This document shows, piece after piece, positions 35,577 to 37,374 of a stretch of DNA of 37,374 nt; position 1 is the stretch's first letter; each line of letters starts with the position of its first letter. Made by a program: the position numbers and the translations under genes. Source of the DNA: a virus (Duplodnaviria > Caudoviricetes); the IMG/VR virus record IMGVR_UViG_3300027640_000010, positions 1 through 37,374 of that record; one strand, 5' to 3'. The notes under the pieces were generated by a model. The model was not told the origin of the DNA and ran no database searches. It saw only the letters and a program-made list of their open reading frames with translations.

Positions 35577-36431
35577 GTGAGAAATGTAGGACTGGTCCTT
35601 GAGGGCGGGGGAATGAGGGGTCTTTATACGGCCGGGGCACTGGAATTTTTTCTGGATCAAGGTATTGAATTCAGCTATGTTATCGGTGTCTCAGCCGGGG
35701 CCTGCAATGCGGCCTCATATATTTCCCGTCAAAAGGGGCGCAACAAAATTGTCAATACTGCCTTTTTAAAAGACTGGCGCTTTGCCGGTATGAGAAATTT
35801 TATTATAAAAGGATCTTTATTTGGCATGGACTTTATTTTTGATGAAATCCCCAACAGTCTGGTGCCTTTTGATTATGATACCTTCTATAAATCCCCGGCT
35901 AAATTTAAGATAGTAGCCACCGACTGCAATACAGGAATGCCTGTATATTTTGATAAAACTGATTTTGACCGGCAGCTGACTGTTCTGCGGGCTTCCAGCT
36001 CACTGCCCCTGGTTTCTCCCATGGTAAATTACAGGGGCCTCAGCCTTCTGGATGGAGGTATAGCCGACCCTGTGCCTATTCACAGGGCGGTGTCCGATGG
36101 CTGCCCCGTTAACGTAATCATACTGACCCGCAACAGGGGCTATAAAAAGGACCCCGTGAGATTTCCGGAAACACTGCTGTACAGGGCAAAATACCGCCAA
36201 TACCCCCAGCTTGTCAGGGCAATAATGAAAAAACATATCATCTACAACGAGGCCATGAACTATATTGAGGATTTGGAGCAAAAGGGCAAGGCTGTGGTTA
36301 TCAGGCCGACCCGTAAATTAACAGTGGGCCGCTACGAAAAGAATGTGGGCAGGCTATTGGATCTGCACGGCCAGGGGTATGAAGATGCGGCTGCCTCCTT
36401 TAAAAGTATACAGGTGCTTTCCGGGAGATAA
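35577..36431 (+). CDS. Patatin-like phospholipase
   Basis: 'GGGMRG', 'GVSAG', 'DGG' motifs; GGAGG RBS. Confidence 0.93.
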   Translation: MRNVGLVLEGGGMRGLYTAGALEFFLDQGIEFSYVIGVSAGACNAASYISRQKGRNKIVNTAFLKDWRFAGMRNFIIKGSLFGMDFIFDEIPNSLVPFDYDTFYKSPAKFKIVATDCNTGMPVYFDKTDFDRQLTVLRASSSLPLVSPMVNYRGLSLLDGGIADPVPIHRAVSDGCPVNVIILTRNRGYKKDPVRFPETLLYRAKYRQYPQLVRAIMKKHIIYNEAMNYIEDLEQKGKAVVIRPTRKLTVGRYEKNVGRLLDLHGQGYEDAAASFKSIQVLSGR

Positions 36432-36542
36432 GGGCTCCTCTTCTTACCAGGTTAAAGGCTCCTCCTGACCGCCGGCTGCCCCCCAGTCTGAGTGTAAAGG
36501 TATTGTTGTTTCAGAAAAATTATCCTATAATAAACCAAAGAT

Positions 36543-36559
36543 TATTAACATTGTTAATA
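36543..36559. promoter_or_regulatory. Palindromic operator downstream of a TATAAT -10, upstream of acyl-CoA dehydrogenase
   Basis: TATTAACA-T-TGTTAATA. Confidence 0.5.
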
Positions 36560-36616
36560 TTTTAAATAAAAACACATGTATAGCCTTATAAAAAATAATT
36601 AACTGGGGGGATAGTC

Positions 36617-37374
36617 ATGGATTTTTTACTGAATGAAGAGCAGAAGATACTGCAGAGCATGGCCTACAAGTTTGCCCAGAAGGAATTTGAGCCCGTTGCC
36701 AAGGAGTGCGACAGAGAAGAAAAGTTCTCCCGGGAGGTCTGGCAAAAGGCCTGCGAGGCGGGCCTGGTGGGGGTCTATATACCGGAAGAGTACGGCGGGC
36801 CGGGGGCGGGCTTTTTTGACGTGGCCCTAATCACCGAGCAGCTTTCCAGGGTTGACCTGGGGCTGGGGCTGTCGGTGGTGGCCGCCACCTTCGGCGCCGA
36901 GAATATACTGTTTTTCGGCAGCGAGGAGCAAAAGAAAAAATACCTGCCGCTGCTGGTGGACGGCAAGGCCATATGCGCCGGAGCCTTTACCGAGCCCAAT
37001 GCGGGCACAGATGTGGCCAGCGCCAAAACCAGGGCCGTTAAGGATGGCAATGAATATGTGATCAACGGCAGCAAAATGTTTATCACCAACGGCACCATCT
37101 GCGATTTCATGGTGGTTTTTTGCGAGACAAATCCCAATGAGGAAGTAAGACATAAAAGGCACAGCATGATACTGGTGGAGGCAGACCGGAATGGTATTAC
37201 CAAGTCCAAAATACATGGTAAAATGGGCATCCGGGCCACTGACACGGCGGAACTGACCTTTGAAGATGTCAGGGTCTCCAAAGAAAACCTTATCGGCGTA
37301 GAGGGAAAAGGATTCCACCAGCTGATGCACTTTTTCGACTGCACCAGGACCTTTGTGGCCGCCCAGGGTGTAGG
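36617..37374 (+). CDS. Acyl-CoA dehydrogenase (partial, runs off the window)
   Basis: MDFLLNEEQ..., 'IPEEYGG.G', 'FTEPNAGTD', 'INGSKMFITNG', 'KMGIRA.DT.EL.FEDV'. Confidence 0.95.
   Translation, partial: MDFLLNEEQKILQSMAYKFAQKEFEPVAKECDREEKFSREVWQKACEAGLVGVYIPEEYGGPGAGFFDVALITEQLSRVDLGLGLSVVAATFGAENILFFGSEEQKKKYLPLLVDGKAICAGAFTEPNAGTDVASAKTRAVKDGNEYVINGSKMFITNGTICDFMVVFCETNPNEEVRHKRHSMILVEADRNGITKSKIHGKMGIRATDTAELTFEDVRVSKENLIGVEGKGFHQLMHFFDCTRTFVAAQGV

Noticed and set aside
36633-37344. Listed ORFs of 65, 189, 167 and 69 aa
   Set aside because: Off-frame or antisense shadows of the acyl-CoA dehydrogenase, which the track missed because it has no stop in the window.

Overview
Positions 1 to about 32,717 are the right-hand part of a temperate prophage of a Bacillota host, probably Peptococcaceae/Clostridia-like (inferred from the flanking SLH, patatin and acyl-CoA dehydrogenase genes). 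It ends at a displaced 3' half of tRNA-Pro(GGG), the att core, just downstream of the integrase. From right to left the prophage encodes: a tyrosine integrase; a divergent CI/Cro switch with repeated TGC-N5-GCA operators; a recombination block with a naturally split Rad50/SbcC, an HNH-AP2 endonuclease, Mre11/SbcD, a RecU-like resolvase, an HD hydrolase and an SF2 helicase; a replication block with a putative SSB, an archaeo-eukaryotic primase fused to an MCM-family helicase, and a family-A DNA polymerase; small accessory genes; a candidate AT-rich origin; a late regulator followed by a promoter/terminator leader; and packaging and head genes (TerS, TerL, HNH, SPP1-type portal, MuF, scaffold, decoration protein, major capsid protein). 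The MuF protein carries a C-terminal HExxH metallopeptidase and is followed by a coupled putative immunity gene. The gene set resembles Bacillus cereus prophage phBC6A51. Tail and lysis genes lie outside the window to the left. The prophage is almost free of GATC by manual scan. The host flank holds an IS3 remnant, a strong sigma-A promoter ahead of an apparently non-coding, highly structured 250-310 nt RNA that I cannot assign to a known family, an SLH/Ig-like surface protein, an Imm5-like fragment, a patatin and a partial acyl-CoA dehydrogenase.
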